The notes under the pieces: generated by a model
Databases searched by the model: none
What the model was told of the DNA's origin: nothing
Seen by the model: the letters and a program-made list of their open reading frames with translations, nothing else
From: an uncultured delta proteobacterium
GTDB taxonomy: Bacteria; Myxococcota; Myxococcia; Myxococcales; Myxococcaceae
Direction of reading: 5' to 3'
DNA: 64,000 bases
NCBI GenBank assembly: GCA_963776345.1
Contig: CAVZMH010000015.1
Coordinates: 480,001 to 544,000 of the forward strand
Program-made: the position numbers and the translations under genes
Part shown: in pieces, positions 32,171-43,995 of the stretch
Position numbering within the stretch: the stretch's first letter is position 1
Layout: every line of letters starts with the position of its first letter

Positions 32171-33220
32171 GGAGCGGTCTCGTCCTTCCTCGACTCGAGC
32201 GCGGCGACCCGCGCGCGGAGCTGTCTCACCTCGCGCAGGAGCTCGGGGAGCTGCTTCAGCGCCGCGGACTGGCGCAGCCAGAGCGCCCGCTCCACGGCGG
32301 GATAACCGGAGAACGTCGCGCCGGGCGGCACGTCGTGCGGCACGCCGGACTGGGCCGCGACCCGCGCGCCGTCGCCGATGCGCACGTGCCCCACGATGCC
32401 CACCTGGCCGGCGAGCACCACGCCCGCGCCCACCTCGGTGGACCCGGAGATGCCCACCTGGGCGCAGAGGATGGAGAGCGGCCCCACCCGGACGTTGTGG
32501 GCGATCTGCACCAGGTTGTCGATCTTGGTGCCCCGGCCGATGACCGTCTCCCCGGTGGTCGCCCGGTCGATGCAGCTGCCCGCCCCCACCTCCACGTCGT
32601 CCTCGATGCGGACGATGCCCACCTGGGGCACCTTGACGTGCGCCGGGCCGGCCGGGTCGAAGGCGAAGCCGAAGCCGTCCGAGCCCACCACCACGCCCGG
32701 CTGCAGCACCACCCGGTTCCCGAGGAGGCAGCGCTCGCGGACGATCGCCCCGGGCTGGAGCACGACGTCGTCGCCGATCCGGGCGCCCTCGCCGAGATAG
32801 CTCCCCGGCCAGAGCACCGACCGGGCGCCGACCACCGCGCCGGCCTCCACCACCGCCAGCGCCATCACCGTCGCCGATGGGTCCAGCTGGGCGGAGGGGT
32901 GCACCTCGGCCCGGGGATGAACGCCGCCCGCCGGCCGCGGCGCGGGGTGGAAGAGCGCCAGCAGCCGGGCGAAGGCCAGGTGCGGCGAGGCCACCCTCAC
33001 CCAGGCCACGTCGGTGCGGGTCACCGGCTCGCCGGGCGGGAGCAGCACCGCCGAGGCGCGGGTGGTGCCCAGCTCCTTCCGGTACCGCGCGTTCCCGTAG
33101 AACGAGAGCTCGCCCGGGCCGGCCTCCTCCAGCGAGGCCAGGCCCAGGATGCGGAGCCGCCCGTCACCCTCGACGGTTCCGCCCACGTGGGCGGCGAGAA
33201 TCTGCGAGGGAGCGTTCCAT
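32167..33220 (-). CDS. lpxD: UDP-3-O-acylglucosamine N-acyltransferase; apparent 1-nt insertion near 33200 separates the likely ATG start
   Basis: Hexapeptide repeats, GSDGFGF, GTKIDNLVQIAHNV. ATG 33220 gives MERSLAD, and removing one T continues LAAHVGGTVEGD. The uninterrupted ORF is 32167-33186. Confidence 0.92.
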
Positions 33221-33234
33221 CCGCCCCCTGAGGA

Positions 33235-33798
33235 TTACTTCTTCTTGGCCGGCGTGGCGACCGGCGCGGAGCCGCCCTTCGGCTTGTTCTGCTCGTTGTA
33301 GGTCCGGACCAGCTGCGCGGTCAGGTCGAGCGAGTCCGGGGCATAGGCGATCCCGGCGGCGTCGAAGACCATGGTGAAGCCCTCGCGCTGGGCGATGGAG
33401 GTGATGACCGTCCGCAGCTTCCCGACGATGGGCTGAAACTCCTCGCTCTCCTTCTGCGCCAGCTCCGCCCGGCCCTTCTCGAAGTTCTGCTGCAGGTCGA
33501 AGAGCCGCTTCTGGAGGGCCTCGGCCTTCTCGTTCCGGGCCTGCTCGGTCATCGTCGTGGCCTGCTTCTGGAACGTCTCCTGGTCCTTCTTCAGGGCGTC
33601 CTGGGCCTTGTCCAGCTCCTTCTGCTTCGTTTCCTTGAGCGCCTCGAGCCGGGTCCTGGCGGCCTTGGCCTCCTCGAGCTCGGCGAGCGCCTTCTGGAAG
33701 TTGACGTAGCCGATCTTCGGCTGGGCGTACGCAGCCGCGGGGAGGGTCAGCGGGATCACGGCGGCGAGGGCCACCAACAGGCGACGGGACGACATCAC
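33235..33798 (-). CDS. skp: OmpH/Skp periplasmic chaperone
   Basis: Signal peptide (AYA-QPKIGYVN), coiled-coil body, DLTAQLV; upstream of lpxD. Confidence 0.9.
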   Translation of the reverse strand: MMSSRRLLVALAAVIPLTLPAAAYAQPKIGYVNFQKALAELEEAKAARTRLEALKETKQKELDKAQDALKKDQETFQKQATTMTEQARNEKAEALQKRLFDLQQNFEKGRAELAQKESEEFQPIVGKLRTVITSIAQREGFTMVFDAAGIAYAPDSLDLTAQLVRTYNEQNKPKGGSAPVATPAKKK

Positions 33799-33907
33799 GT
33801 GCGTACTCCTCGGGGAGACTCCGGCGATTGGAGGACGACCACCGCCGACCGGAGTGGAACGGAAGCCCCCCGGCGGGTGCTCCCGATGGGGTCGAAAAAG
33901 TTCGCGG

Positions 33908-33937
33908 ACACTAGGAGCAACGCCTTCAATCCGTCAA
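33908..33937 (-). promoter_or_regulatory. Putative sigma70 promoter for skp-lpxD-fabZ-lpxA-lpxI
   Basis: TTGACG (33937-33932), 18 nt spacer, TAGTGT (33913-33908), in the pntB-skp gap. Confidence 0.5.
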
Positions 33938-34037
33938 GCAGGTGCCACTGGCCGGAGGGACCGGCGCGCGCCCCGCGGGCTCACTCCCCCGACCAGGGGG
34001 ACGCTGCGGAGCCGCGCGGGGCGCGGCGCGATCGGGC

Positions 34038-35426
34038 TCAGAGCGCCTTCACCTCGGTCACCAGCCGGGTCAGCGAGGACTTGGCGTCCCCGAAGAGCAT
34101 CGAGGTGTTCGGGGCGTAGAACAGGTGGTTCTCGATGCCGGCGAAGCCGGGGTTCATGCTCCGCTTGAGCACGATGACGCCCTTGGACTTGTCCACGTCG
34201 AGGATGGGCATCCCGTAGATGGGGCTCGCGGGGTCGCTCCGGGCCGCGGGGTTGACCACGTCGTTGGCGCCGATGACCAGGGCCACGTCCGCCCGCTCGA
34301 ACTCCGGGTTGATGTCCTCCATGTCGTAGAGCCGGTCGTAGGGGACGTTGGCCTCGGCCAGGAGCACGTTCATGTGCCCGGGCATGCGGCCCGCCACCGG
34401 GTGGATGGCGTACTTCACCGTCACCCCGCGCTTCTCGAGCAGGTCCGCCAGCTCGCGCACCACGTGCTGCGCCTGCGCCACCGCCATGCCGTAGCCCGGG
34501 ACGACGATGACCTGCCCGGCGTAGGCCATCTGGATCGCCGCGTCCTCGGCAGAGACGCTCCGGACGGTGAGGTCCTTGGCGCCCGCTCCCGCGGCCAGCG
34601 CCGGCGCCACCGAGCCGAAGGCGCCGAAGAGCACGTTGCCGAAGCTGCGGTTCATCGCCTTGGACATCAGGACGGAGAGCAGGAAGCCCGAGGCCCCGTC
34701 CAGCGCACCGCAGATGATGAGGACGTTGTTCTGGATGGCGAACCCCGTCGCGGCGGAGGCGAGCCCGGCGTACGAGTTGAGGAGCGAGACCACCACCGGC
34801 ATGTCCGCCCCACCGATGGGGAGGACCATGAAGACGCCCAGGAGCAGCGCCAGGCCGATCATCGCGTAGAACACCACCGAGCTCTCCGGCCGGGCGATGA
34901 GGAAGACGAACATCAGCACCGCCACCCCGAAGAGGGTGATGTTGACCGTGTTCTGGCCCCGGTAGGTGACCGGCTTGCCGGTGATGAATTCCTGGAGCTT
35001 CCCGAAGGCCATGAAGCTGCCGGTGACGGTGAGCGCACCGAACAGCACCTCGAAGCCCAGGGCGGCCATCATCTGCCGCGGGACCGGGCCCGTGTGGCCC
35101 TGGTACTCGGCGATGCCCACCAGCGTCGCCGCCAGCGCGCCGAACATGTGGCTGATGGCGATCCGCTGCGGCATGGCGGTCATGGGGACGAACATCCCCA
35201 GCGGGTAGCCGATGACCGTCCCGAGGATGAGCCCCAGGGCGATGAAGTCGAAGCGGATGATCTCGTGGTTGAAGAGCGTGCCGACGATCGCCAGCACCAT
35301 CCCCAGGAACGCCTGCTGCATGCCCAGGCGGGCCTTGTCCGGGTGCGAGAGGCTCTTCAGGCCGAGGATGAAGAGCACCGAGGCGGCCAGGTAGATGGCC
35401 TGGATGACCAGCTCGCGGACGTTCAT
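34038..35426 (-). CDS. pntB: NAD(P) transhydrogenase subunit beta
   Basis: MTAMPQ, PIGGADMPVVVSLLNSYAG, VPGYGMAVAQAQH, IHPVAGRMPGHMNVLLAEA, GANDVVNPAA. Confidence 0.96.
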   Translation of the reverse strand: MNVRELVIQAIYLAASVLFILGLKSLSHPDKARLGMQQAFLGMVLAIVGTLFNHEIIRFDFIALGLILGTVIGYPLGMFVPMTAMPQRIAISHMFGALAATLVGIAEYQGHTGPVPRQMMAALGFEVLFGALTVTGSFMAFGKLQEFITGKPVTYRGQNTVNITLFGVAVLMFVFLIARPESSVVFYAMIGLALLLGVFMVLPIGGADMPVVVSLLNSYAGLASAATGFAIQNNVLIICGALDGASGFLLSVLMSKAMNRSFGNVLFGAFGSVAPALAAGAGAKDLTVRSVSAEDAAIQMAYAGQVIVVPGYGMAVAQAQHVVRELADLLEKRGVTVKYAIHPVAGRMPGHMNVLLAEANVPYDRLYDMEDINPEFERADVALVIGANDVVNPAARSDPASPIYGMPILDVDKSKGVIVLKRSMNPGFAGIENHLFYAPNTSMLFGDAKSSLTRLVTEVKAL

Positions 35427-35758
35427 CGGGCCGCCCCTCCCTGGGGCCCGGCCTTCTCCACCGCGGCGCCGGGCGCAGGCTTCACGTCCCGGCGGAACAT
35501 CTTCAACATCCGGTCGGTGATCAGGAACCCGCCCACCACGTTGATGCTGGCCGCGGTCACCGCCACGAAGCCGAGCCAGTTCGACAGGGTGTCCCGGTTG
35601 GCCCCGGCCAGCACCAGCGAGCCCACCAGGCTGATGGCCGAGATGGCGTTGGTCGCCGACATCAGCGGGGTGTGCAGGAGCGGCGGGACGCGGGTGATGA
35701 CCTGGTAGCCCACGAACGCGGCGAGCACGAACACGTACAGCTCGATGATGCTGGTCAC
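35423..35758 (-). CDS. pntA: NAD(P) transhydrogenase subunit alpha, membrane part (alpha2)
   Basis: VPPLLHTPLMSATNAIS, NVVGGFLITDRMLKMF. Confidence 0.95.
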   Translation of the reverse strand: MTSIIELYVFVLAAFVGYQVITRVPPLLHTPLMSATNAISAISLVGSLVLAGANRDTLSNWLGFVAVTAASINVVGGFLITDRMLKMFRRDVKPAPGAAVEKAGPQGGAAR

Positions 35759-36873
35759 CGTCCGCTCCCTCCCGGCGCCTGCCCGTTCAGCGTGACGAGC
35801 ATCGCCTTGGTGATCTCGTCCTCGGGGTCGAGCTTCAGCGCTCCCTCCTTGGTCGAGAGGTGCTGCACCAGGGTCAACACGTTGCGGGCGAACATCTGGC
35901 TCGCGTGCAGGGGCACCGTGGCCGCGAGCTGCACCGGCCCGAGGATGGTCACCCCGCCGACCACCACCCGCTCCCCTGCCCGCGTTCCTTCCACGTTTCC
36001 GCCGGTCTCGGCCGCGAGGTCCACCACCACCGAGCCGGGCCGGAGCGTGGCCAGCACCGCAGCGTCCACCAGCACCGGCGCCTTCCTCCCCGGCACCTGG
36101 GCGGTGCAGACCAGGAGGTCCTGCTGCGGAATGGCCGCCGCCAGCGCCGCGCGCGTCTTCGCCTCCTCCTCCGCGGTCTGGGCGCGGGCGTAGCCGCCGG
36201 CGGCCTCCGCGTCGGCGCTCACCTCGGGACCGACGAACGTCGCCCCGAGGCTGAGGACCTGCTCGCGCGCGGCCGGCCGGACGTCGAACCCGGCCACCAC
36301 CGCCCCGAGCCGCCGGGCGGTGGCGATGGCCTGGAGGCCGGCGACGCCCGCCCCGAGCACCAGCACCCGGGACGGGGCCAGCGTGCCCGCGGCGGTGGTG
36401 AGCATGGGGAGGAGCTTGCCCAGCTCGGCTGCGCCGAGGAGCACCGCCTTGTACCCCGCCACCGTGGCCTGGGAGCTGAGGACGTCCATCATCTGGGCCC
36501 GGGTGATGCGTGGCACCCGCTCCAGCGCGAGCAGGGTCAGACGGCGGGCGGCGAGCGCGGGGATGAGCGCGTCGGGCGGCTCGACCCCGAGCATCGACAC
36601 CACCGTCGTGCCCTCGGGCGCCTCCCCCAGCTCGGCCGGGGTGGGCCGGCGCACCCGGGCCCAGAGCTCGGCCCCGGTGAGCGCCTCGGCGCGGGAGTCC
36701 AGGACCCGCGCCCCGGCCTTCTCGTAGTCGGCGTCGAGCGCGCCGGCGGCGAGACCCGCCCCGCGCTGCACCGAGATTCGATGTCCGGACTTGGTGAGCC
36801 GCTGCACCACCTCGGGAACCAGCGCCACCCGGGCCTCGCCGGGTGCAGTCTCCCGTAGCACCGCGATGCGCAT
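35755..36873 (-). CDS. pntA: NAD(P) transhydrogenase subunit alpha, NAD(H)-binding part (alpha1)
   Basis: ETAPGEARVALVP, PRITRAQMMDVLSSQ, GAGVAGLQAIATARRLGA, DLAAETGGN. GGAGG RBS directly after the bamA stop. Confidence 0.95.
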   Translation of the reverse strand: MRIAVLRETAPGEARVALVPEVVQRLTKSGHRISVQRGAGLAAGALDADYEKAGARVLDSRAEALTGAELWARVRRPTPAELGEAPEGTTVVSMLGVEPPDALIPALAARRLTLLALERVPRITRAQMMDVLSSQATVAGYKAVLLGAAELGKLLPMLTTAAGTLAPSRVLVLGAGVAGLQAIATARRLGAVVAGFDVRPAAREQVLSLGATFVGPEVSADAEAAGGYARAQTAEEEAKTRAALAAAIPQQDLLVCTAQVPGRKAPVLVDAAVLATLRPGSVVVDLAAETGGNVEGTRAGERVVVGGVTILGPVQLAATVPLHASQMFARNVLTLVQHLSTKEGALKLDPEDEITKAMLVTLNGQAPGGSGR

Positions 36874-36886
36874 CAGGAGAGCCTCC

Positions 36887-39436
36887 CTAGAAGGAATTGC
36901 CGATGGTGAACTCGAAGAGGATCGGATCGTCCGTCGGTCTGCGGGTCAGCGGAATGCCCCACTCAAATCGTAGCGGACCGACGGGAGAGAACCAGCGAAT
37001 CCCGAAGCCCACCGACCAGAACAGTCCCAGCGGAAGTGAGTGTTGTTTGTCTTCGAAGAAGCTGGCGTTCACGGCGAAGGCATTGCCGGCGTCCAAGAAG
37101 AGCACGCCCTTGACGCCCACCTTCGGAACGATGGGGATCTCCAGCTCGAGGTTGAGCACGAACTGCTTGTTGCCGCCGACCACGAACTCGGTCACCGGGC
37201 AGTCCGGACGGTTGCAGGTGGGCACCAGGATGGTCGGCGAGATCGAGTTCAGGAAGTAGCCGCGGATGGTCTGGATGCCACCCAGGTAATAGAGCTCGGA
37301 GACCGGCAGAGGACGGTAGGAGTCCAGGTTGGCGATGTATCCGATGGTGGTGTTGGTCTTGAACACGATGCCCAGCGGCAGCGTGAAGTAGAAGCGCGAG
37401 AACAGCGTGTAGCGCGCGTAGTTCAGGTCTCCGCCGAGCCAGTCCGGCGCGAACTCGGCCGAGGCGAACTGGTAGAAGCCCTTGCTCGGGAAGAGGCGGT
37501 TGTCGCGCTTGTCCCAGGCCAGGGTGAACCGGGCCGCGGAGGTGACCTGGGTCCCGATGCGGAACCGGCCGTAGAGCGGCGTGGTGTTGGTGTTGACCAC
37601 CCCGGCGTTGGGGCCGAGGCCCGTGCCGCCCGGCGAGGCCTCCACCCACTCCCGGGTGTACCCCACGCTGGCGATGAGGTCGTCCAGGAGGTGGTAGCCG
37701 AGCCCGAGCGATCCGCCCAGCGACTGCCGGGTGAAGTCGAACTGGTCGATCTGGGTCCGGTAGATGTCGAAGGAGAAGATCCAGTCGCTGTCGAAGAAGT
37801 ACGGGTCGTAATACGACAGCTGCACCAGCTGCCGGAGGCTGGAGAGCTGGGCGGAGAGCGAGACCGTCTGCCCCCAGCCGAGGAAGTTGTTCTGGGTGAC
37901 CTGGGCGGTGAAGATGAAGCTCTCCACCGAGCTGAAGCCGAAGCCCACCTGGAAGCTGCCGGTGCTCTTCTCCTTCACCTCGACCGAGACCACCACGTGG
38001 GTGTCGTCACGGCCGGGCTTGAAGTTCATCTCCACCGTCTCGAAGAAGCCGAGCGCGGTGACCCGGTCCTTGCTCCGCCGCATCCCGCTGGCGGAGAAGA
38101 GATCGCCCTCGTAGATGCGGAGCTCGCGTCGGATGACCTTGTCCCGGGTCTTGGTGTTCCCGGTGATCTCGATCCGGTCGATGGTCTGGAGCTTGCCCTT
38201 CTCCACCCGGAAGTCGAGCGCCACGGTCCTCTCTTGAGGATTGACCGAGGTCTCGGGGTTGAAGTTGGCGTAGGCGAAGCCCTGGTCCTGGTAGATGTCG
38301 GCCAGCGACTGGTCGTCCTTCAGGACCTTGGCCCGGCTGAAGTAGTCCCCCTTGCGCGACTCGAGCACCGCGAACAGCCGGTCCTTGGGGACGATGAGGT
38401 CGCCCGAGAAGTCGATGCTCGAGATCCGGTACTGCTCGCCCTCGGTGATCTTCACCGTGATGTAGATCAGCCGCTTGTCGGGCGAGAGCGCGACGGTGGG
38501 CTTCTCCACCTTCACGTTGAGGAAGCCGCGGTCGTAGTAGGCGGCCTCGATGACCGAGAGGTCGCGCTGGAACGCCTCCTCGCGGAACGTGCCCTCGCCG
38601 GTGAGGAACCCGAAGTAGTTCCCCTCCCGGGTGATCATCAGGGACTTGAGGTCCTCGGCCGAGACCTTGTCGGTGCCGATGAGGTTCACCTGCTTCACCA
38701 TGACCTTGGCGTGCTCGTTGATGACGAACACCACGTCGGCCTGGTTGGTGCCCTGGACGGGGACGATCTTGTGGGTGACCTCGGCGAGGAAGAAGCCCTT
38801 CTCGACGTACTTCTCCTGGATCTTCTTGACGTTCCGCCTCACCGCGTCCAGGTCGAGGATCGCGTACGGCTTGAGGTCGATGGTGTCCTTGAAGTCCTCC
38901 TTGTTGAGCTCCTCGGCGCCCTGGAGCCGCCACTCGTGGATCGACGGACGCTCCGACACCCGCACCACGTAGACGATGCCGCCGGTGGGCAGCCGCTGGG
39001 TGAGCAGCTGGAGGTCCTGGAAGTAGCCCAGGCTCCACAGCGACTGGAGGTCCGCGCCGGTGAGCGCGGGGTCGAAGGGACGGCCCAGCTTGTTCTTCAG
39101 GGCGCGCTTGACGACCTCCGGCTCGACCCGGCGGTTCCCCTCGACGCGCACCTCGGTGATGACGTCCGAGTCGCTCGGCACCGGAACGTCGGCCCGGGTC
39201 GCGGCGCCCTGGGTTCCGCCATCCAGTGTCTCCGGCGCGCCCTGGACCTCGGCCGGCGCAGGCGCGCCCCCGTCGACCGCCTGACCGCGCGAGGCGGCGG
39301 GGAGGACGAGCACGAGCAGGGCGGCGGCCAGGAGCCAGGTGGCGGTCGTCTTGCGTGCGAAAACGTTCAACCTCGTCGAGGTACGGCGGCCGTTGGAAGG
39401 GCGCGCACTGTAGGGGAGGGAGGAGGACACGGACAA
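36887..39436 (-). CDS. bamA: Outer membrane protein assembly factor BamA
   Basis: POTRA repeats (EVRVEGNRRVE, IEITGNTKTRDKVIRREL), IRGY, WFSPVGPLRF, terminal F. Start uncertain. Confidence 0.95.
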   Translation of the reverse strand: MSVSSSLPYSARPSNGRRTSTRLNVFARKTTATWLLAAALLVLVLPAASRGQAVDGGAPAPAEVQGAPETLDGGTQGAATRADVPVPSDSDVITEVRVEGNRRVEPEVVKRALKNKLGRPFDPALTGADLQSLWSLGYFQDLQLLTQRLPTGGIVYVVRVSERPSIHEWRLQGAEELNKEDFKDTIDLKPYAILDLDAVRRNVKKIQEKYVEKGFFLAEVTHKIVPVQGTNQADVVFVINEHAKVMVKQVNLIGTDKVSAEDLKSLMITREGNYFGFLTGEGTFREEAFQRDLSVIEAAYYDRGFLNVKVEKPTVALSPDKRLIYITVKITEGEQYRISSIDFSGDLIVPKDRLFAVLESRKGDYFSRAKVLKDDQSLADIYQDQGFAYANFNPETSVNPQERTVALDFRVEKGKLQTIDRIEITGNTKTRDKVIRRELRIYEGDLFSASGMRRSKDRVTALGFFETVEMNFKPGRDDTHVVVSVEVKEKSTGSFQVGFGFSSVESFIFTAQVTQNNFLGWGQTVSLSAQLSSLRQLVQLSYYDPYFFDSDWIFSFDIYRTQIDQFDFTRQSLGGSLGLGYHLLDDLIASVGYTREWVEASPGGTGLGPNAGVVNTNTTPLYGRFRIGTQVTSAARFTLAWDKRDNRLFPSKGFYQFASAEFAPDWLGGDLNYARYTLFSRFYFTLPLGIVFKTNTTIGYIANLDSYRPLPVSELYYLGGIQTIRGYFLNSISPTILVPTCNRPDCPVTEFVVGGNKQFVLNLELEIPIVPKVGVKGVLFLDAGNAFAVNASFFEDKQHSLPLGLFWSVGFGIRWFSPVGPLRFEWGIPLTRRPTDDPILFEFTIGNSF

Positions 39437-39448
39437 TGGTGAAAAGCG

Positions 39449-40123
39449 CTACGCCGGCTCGACCTTGCCCCCGGCGAGCCGCAGCCTCCGCGGCATCGAG
39501 CGGGCCAGCGCCTCGTTGTGGGTCACCACCACGGCCGTGATGCCCAGGTCCCGGTTCACCTCGCGCAGCACCTGGTGGATGCCCTCGCCCGTCACCGGGT
39601 CCAGGTTCCCGGTGGGCTCGTCGGCGAGCAGGAGCGGCGGCTCGAGCACCAGCGCCCTCGCCAGCGCCACCCGCTGCGCCTCGCCGCCGGACAGCTCGCC
39701 CGGACGGTGGTCCACGCGGGAGGCCAGCCCCACCCGCTCCAGCAGCTCCCGCGCACGCCTCAGGGCCACCGAGCGATCGATGCGCTGCACCAGCGCGGGG
39801 ATGGCCACGTTCTCCAGCGCGGTGAACTCGGGCAGCAGGTAGTGGCTCTGGAAGACGAAGCCCACCGTCCGGTTCCGGAACCGGGCCAGGTCGGCGTCGC
39901 CGAGCGCGAGCACGTCCACCCCGTCCACCTCCATCGTCCCCGCCACCGGGGCATCGAGCGTCCCGAGCACGTGCAGGAAGGTGCTCTTCCCCGAGCCCGA
40001 CGCGCCGACCAGGCTCACCAGCTCGCCCCGCTCGATGTGCAGCGACAGGCCGCGCAGCACGTCGATGCGCTTGCCGTGCAGCCAGTAGCTCTTGGACAGC
40101 TCGCTGATCTCGATGAAGGCCAT
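39449..40123 (-). CDS. lolD: Lipoprotein-releasing ABC transporter ATP-binding protein
   Basis: GASGSGKSTFLHVLGTLD, GFVFQSHYLLPEFTALEN, LSGGEAQR, ADEPTGNLD. Start ATG 40123. Confidence 0.92.
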   Translation of the reverse strand: MAFIEISELSKSYWLHGKRIDVLRGLSLHIERGELVSLVGASGSGKSTFLHVLGTLDAPVAGTMEVDGVDVLALGDADLARFRNRTVGFVFQSHYLLPEFTALENVAIPALVQRIDRSVALRRARELLERVGLASRVDHRPGELSGGEAQRVALARALVLEPPLLLADEPTGNLDPVTGEGIHQVLREVNRDLGITAVVVTHNEALARSMPRRLRLAGGKVEPA

Positions 40124-40131
40124 TGCCCGCG

Positions 40132-42467
40132 CTACTCCCCCTTCAGCCCTTCCACCGGCTCGACCCGCGAGGCGCGGAGCGCCGGGTAGATCGAGGCCAG
40201 GTAGGTCACCAGGACTGCGATGAGCACCGTCAGCGCGGTCTGCAGCGGCTCGATCTTCACCGGCAACGAGGGGATGTAATAGACCTCCGGGTCCAGCCGG
40301 AGCCCAACCTTCTCGATGAAGAGGCACCAGGCGAGGCCGGCGAAGAGCCCGAGCACGCCCCCGGCGATGCCGATCTGGAGCCCCTCGGCGAGGAAGATCT
40401 TCACGATGCCGCCCTGGGGCACGCCCAGCGCCTTGAGCACCGAGATCTCCTTGCGCTTCTCGAGGACCAGCATGGTCACCGTGGCCACGATGAGCCCTGC
40501 GGCCACCACGACGATGATCGAGAGGATGATGCCCATCACCAGCTTCTCCAGCCGGAGCGCGGAGAAGAGGTTCCGGTTCATCTCCCCCCAGTCCTTGGTG
40601 CGGTAGGGGTACCCCTCCAGGGTGTTGAGCACGGCCGAGGCGATGCGCCGGGCGTCGTCCACGTCCTTGACCTTGAGCTCGACACCCGTGGCCCCGGGGA
40701 TGCCGAAGAATTGCTCGGCCGCCTGCAGGCCGACGTAGACGAACTTCGAGTCGTACTCGAACATTCCCGTGTAGAAGATGCCGGCCACCCGGAAGGCCTT
40801 CGACTTGGGAATGGGCCCGGACGGCCCCATTCCGCCGCCGAGGGGCGAGACCACCGTGACCGGGTCGCCCACCAGCACCCGGAGGCTCGAGGCGAGCTCC
40901 CGGCCGAGCAGGATGCCCTGGAGCGGCGGACCCGCCGGCGCGTCCTTGGGGGTCTGGATGACGTCGTCGTCGACCGGCTTGTCGAGCTTGTAGCGGGTCC
41001 GCACCGGGATGTCCTCGGGGTGCGAAAGCCACCGGATGTCACCGCCCGGGAGCACGTTCTTCGGCAGGTCCGTCACCTGCCCCGCAGTGGCCGGATCCAC
41101 GCCCTTGATGATGGCCCCGTCGACGTTGGCCTCGCTGGAGACCATCACCTGCCCGAGGAGGAAGGGCGTCTGGCCGATGACGCCGGGCACCCCGGCGACC
41201 TTCTTCATCACCTCCGGGTACTCGGGCATCCCGGCCTGCGGGTCGCCGTACTTGAGCACCACCACGTGGGCGTTGGTGCCGAGGATCTTCTTCTGGAGGT
41301 CGACCTCGAAGCCGCTCATCACGCTGAGGACGATGATCAGCGCCATCACCCCGACCCCCACCCCGCCCACGCTGAGCGCGGTCATCATCGCGGTGGGGGA
41401 CTGGCTCCGCTCCTGGGCCTCGTGGAGCGCCTTGGCCGCTGCCAGCGGGTCGCGCCGGCCCAGCTCCCGGATGCGCGTCCGCTCCACCGCCGCGTCCGCC
41501 GCCCGCAGGATGCCCAGGATGATGAGCGGAGGGATGATGCCCAGCAGCAGGACCCCCAGCGCGCCGAGGAGCAGCCTGGGCCGGAACACGTTGACGTGCC
41601 GCCGGGCCACGAACAGCTCGAACCCGGTCCGCACGTCGAGCCGGCCGGAGGCGTTGGCCACGAAACCGGTGAGGATGCCCAGGGTGAGCGCCAGCACCAG
41701 GAGGCTGAACACCAGCCAGTACCCCAGCTCGGGCCGGCCGAGGAGATTGGCCAGGTAGATGACCTCCCGGAGCCTCGAGCCGAGCGTCGCATCCAGCGCG
41801 GGCACCGCCGGGATGACCGAGAGGAGCGCGGGCAGCGGCACGCCGAGGTAGAGGACGGCGATGGTCGCCTCGGGCGCCGAGAGCTTGCGCGACCGCGCTG
41901 CGCCCACGAACCCGCCGACGAAGGCCACCGCCGCCGCGGCGCTGAGCGCCACTCCGAAGGCCGCGGGGGGCCCCCAGCCCACGCCGCGGGACGCCGAGGC
42001 CAGCGCGGTCTGGAGCAGCACCAGCACCAGCTCGGCGCCGAGGATGCCCAACCCGTAGGCGACCAGGGTGGAGAGGTGGAAGTCGCGCCAGCCTGCGAGC
42101 GGGGCCGAGAGCGCCGGCCCGGTGGGCTCGGGCGTCGCGGGTCCGGCGTCGGCCCTCCGGGCGCCCCCGAGCGCCACCAGCGCCCAGCCGACCAGCCAGG
42201 CCACGGCGGCGGGACCGAGCAGCCACGCGCCCGGCACCGGGGCGACAGCCCGCCTGGCGTCGAGCACGCCCTTGACCGCGCCCACCAGCGGGCCCCAGCC
42301 GACCGCACCGAGGCCGAGCCGGGCCAGCACCGGGCCCCAGGCGCCGGTCCGCCCGAGCTCCACCGCCGCGAGCACCGCGCCGGCGAGCACCAGCGCCGCG
42401 CCCACGCCCCGGAGGACCCAGTGGCCCCGGGTGGAGACGGGAGCGGTGACGCCGAGCGCCTCGTCCA

Positions 42468-42468
<1 letters not shown>
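40132..42468 (-). CDS. Lipoprotein-releasing ABC permease LolC/E with a long N-terminal membrane extension
   Basis: GVGVGVMALIIVLSVMSGF, TGMFEYD, NLFSALRLEK, YYIPSLPV, YPALRASRVEPVEGLK; about 300 extra hydrophobic N-terminal residues. Confidence 0.88.
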
Positions 42469-43982
<1,514 letters not shown>

Positions 43983-43995
43983 GGGAGGCCCTCTC

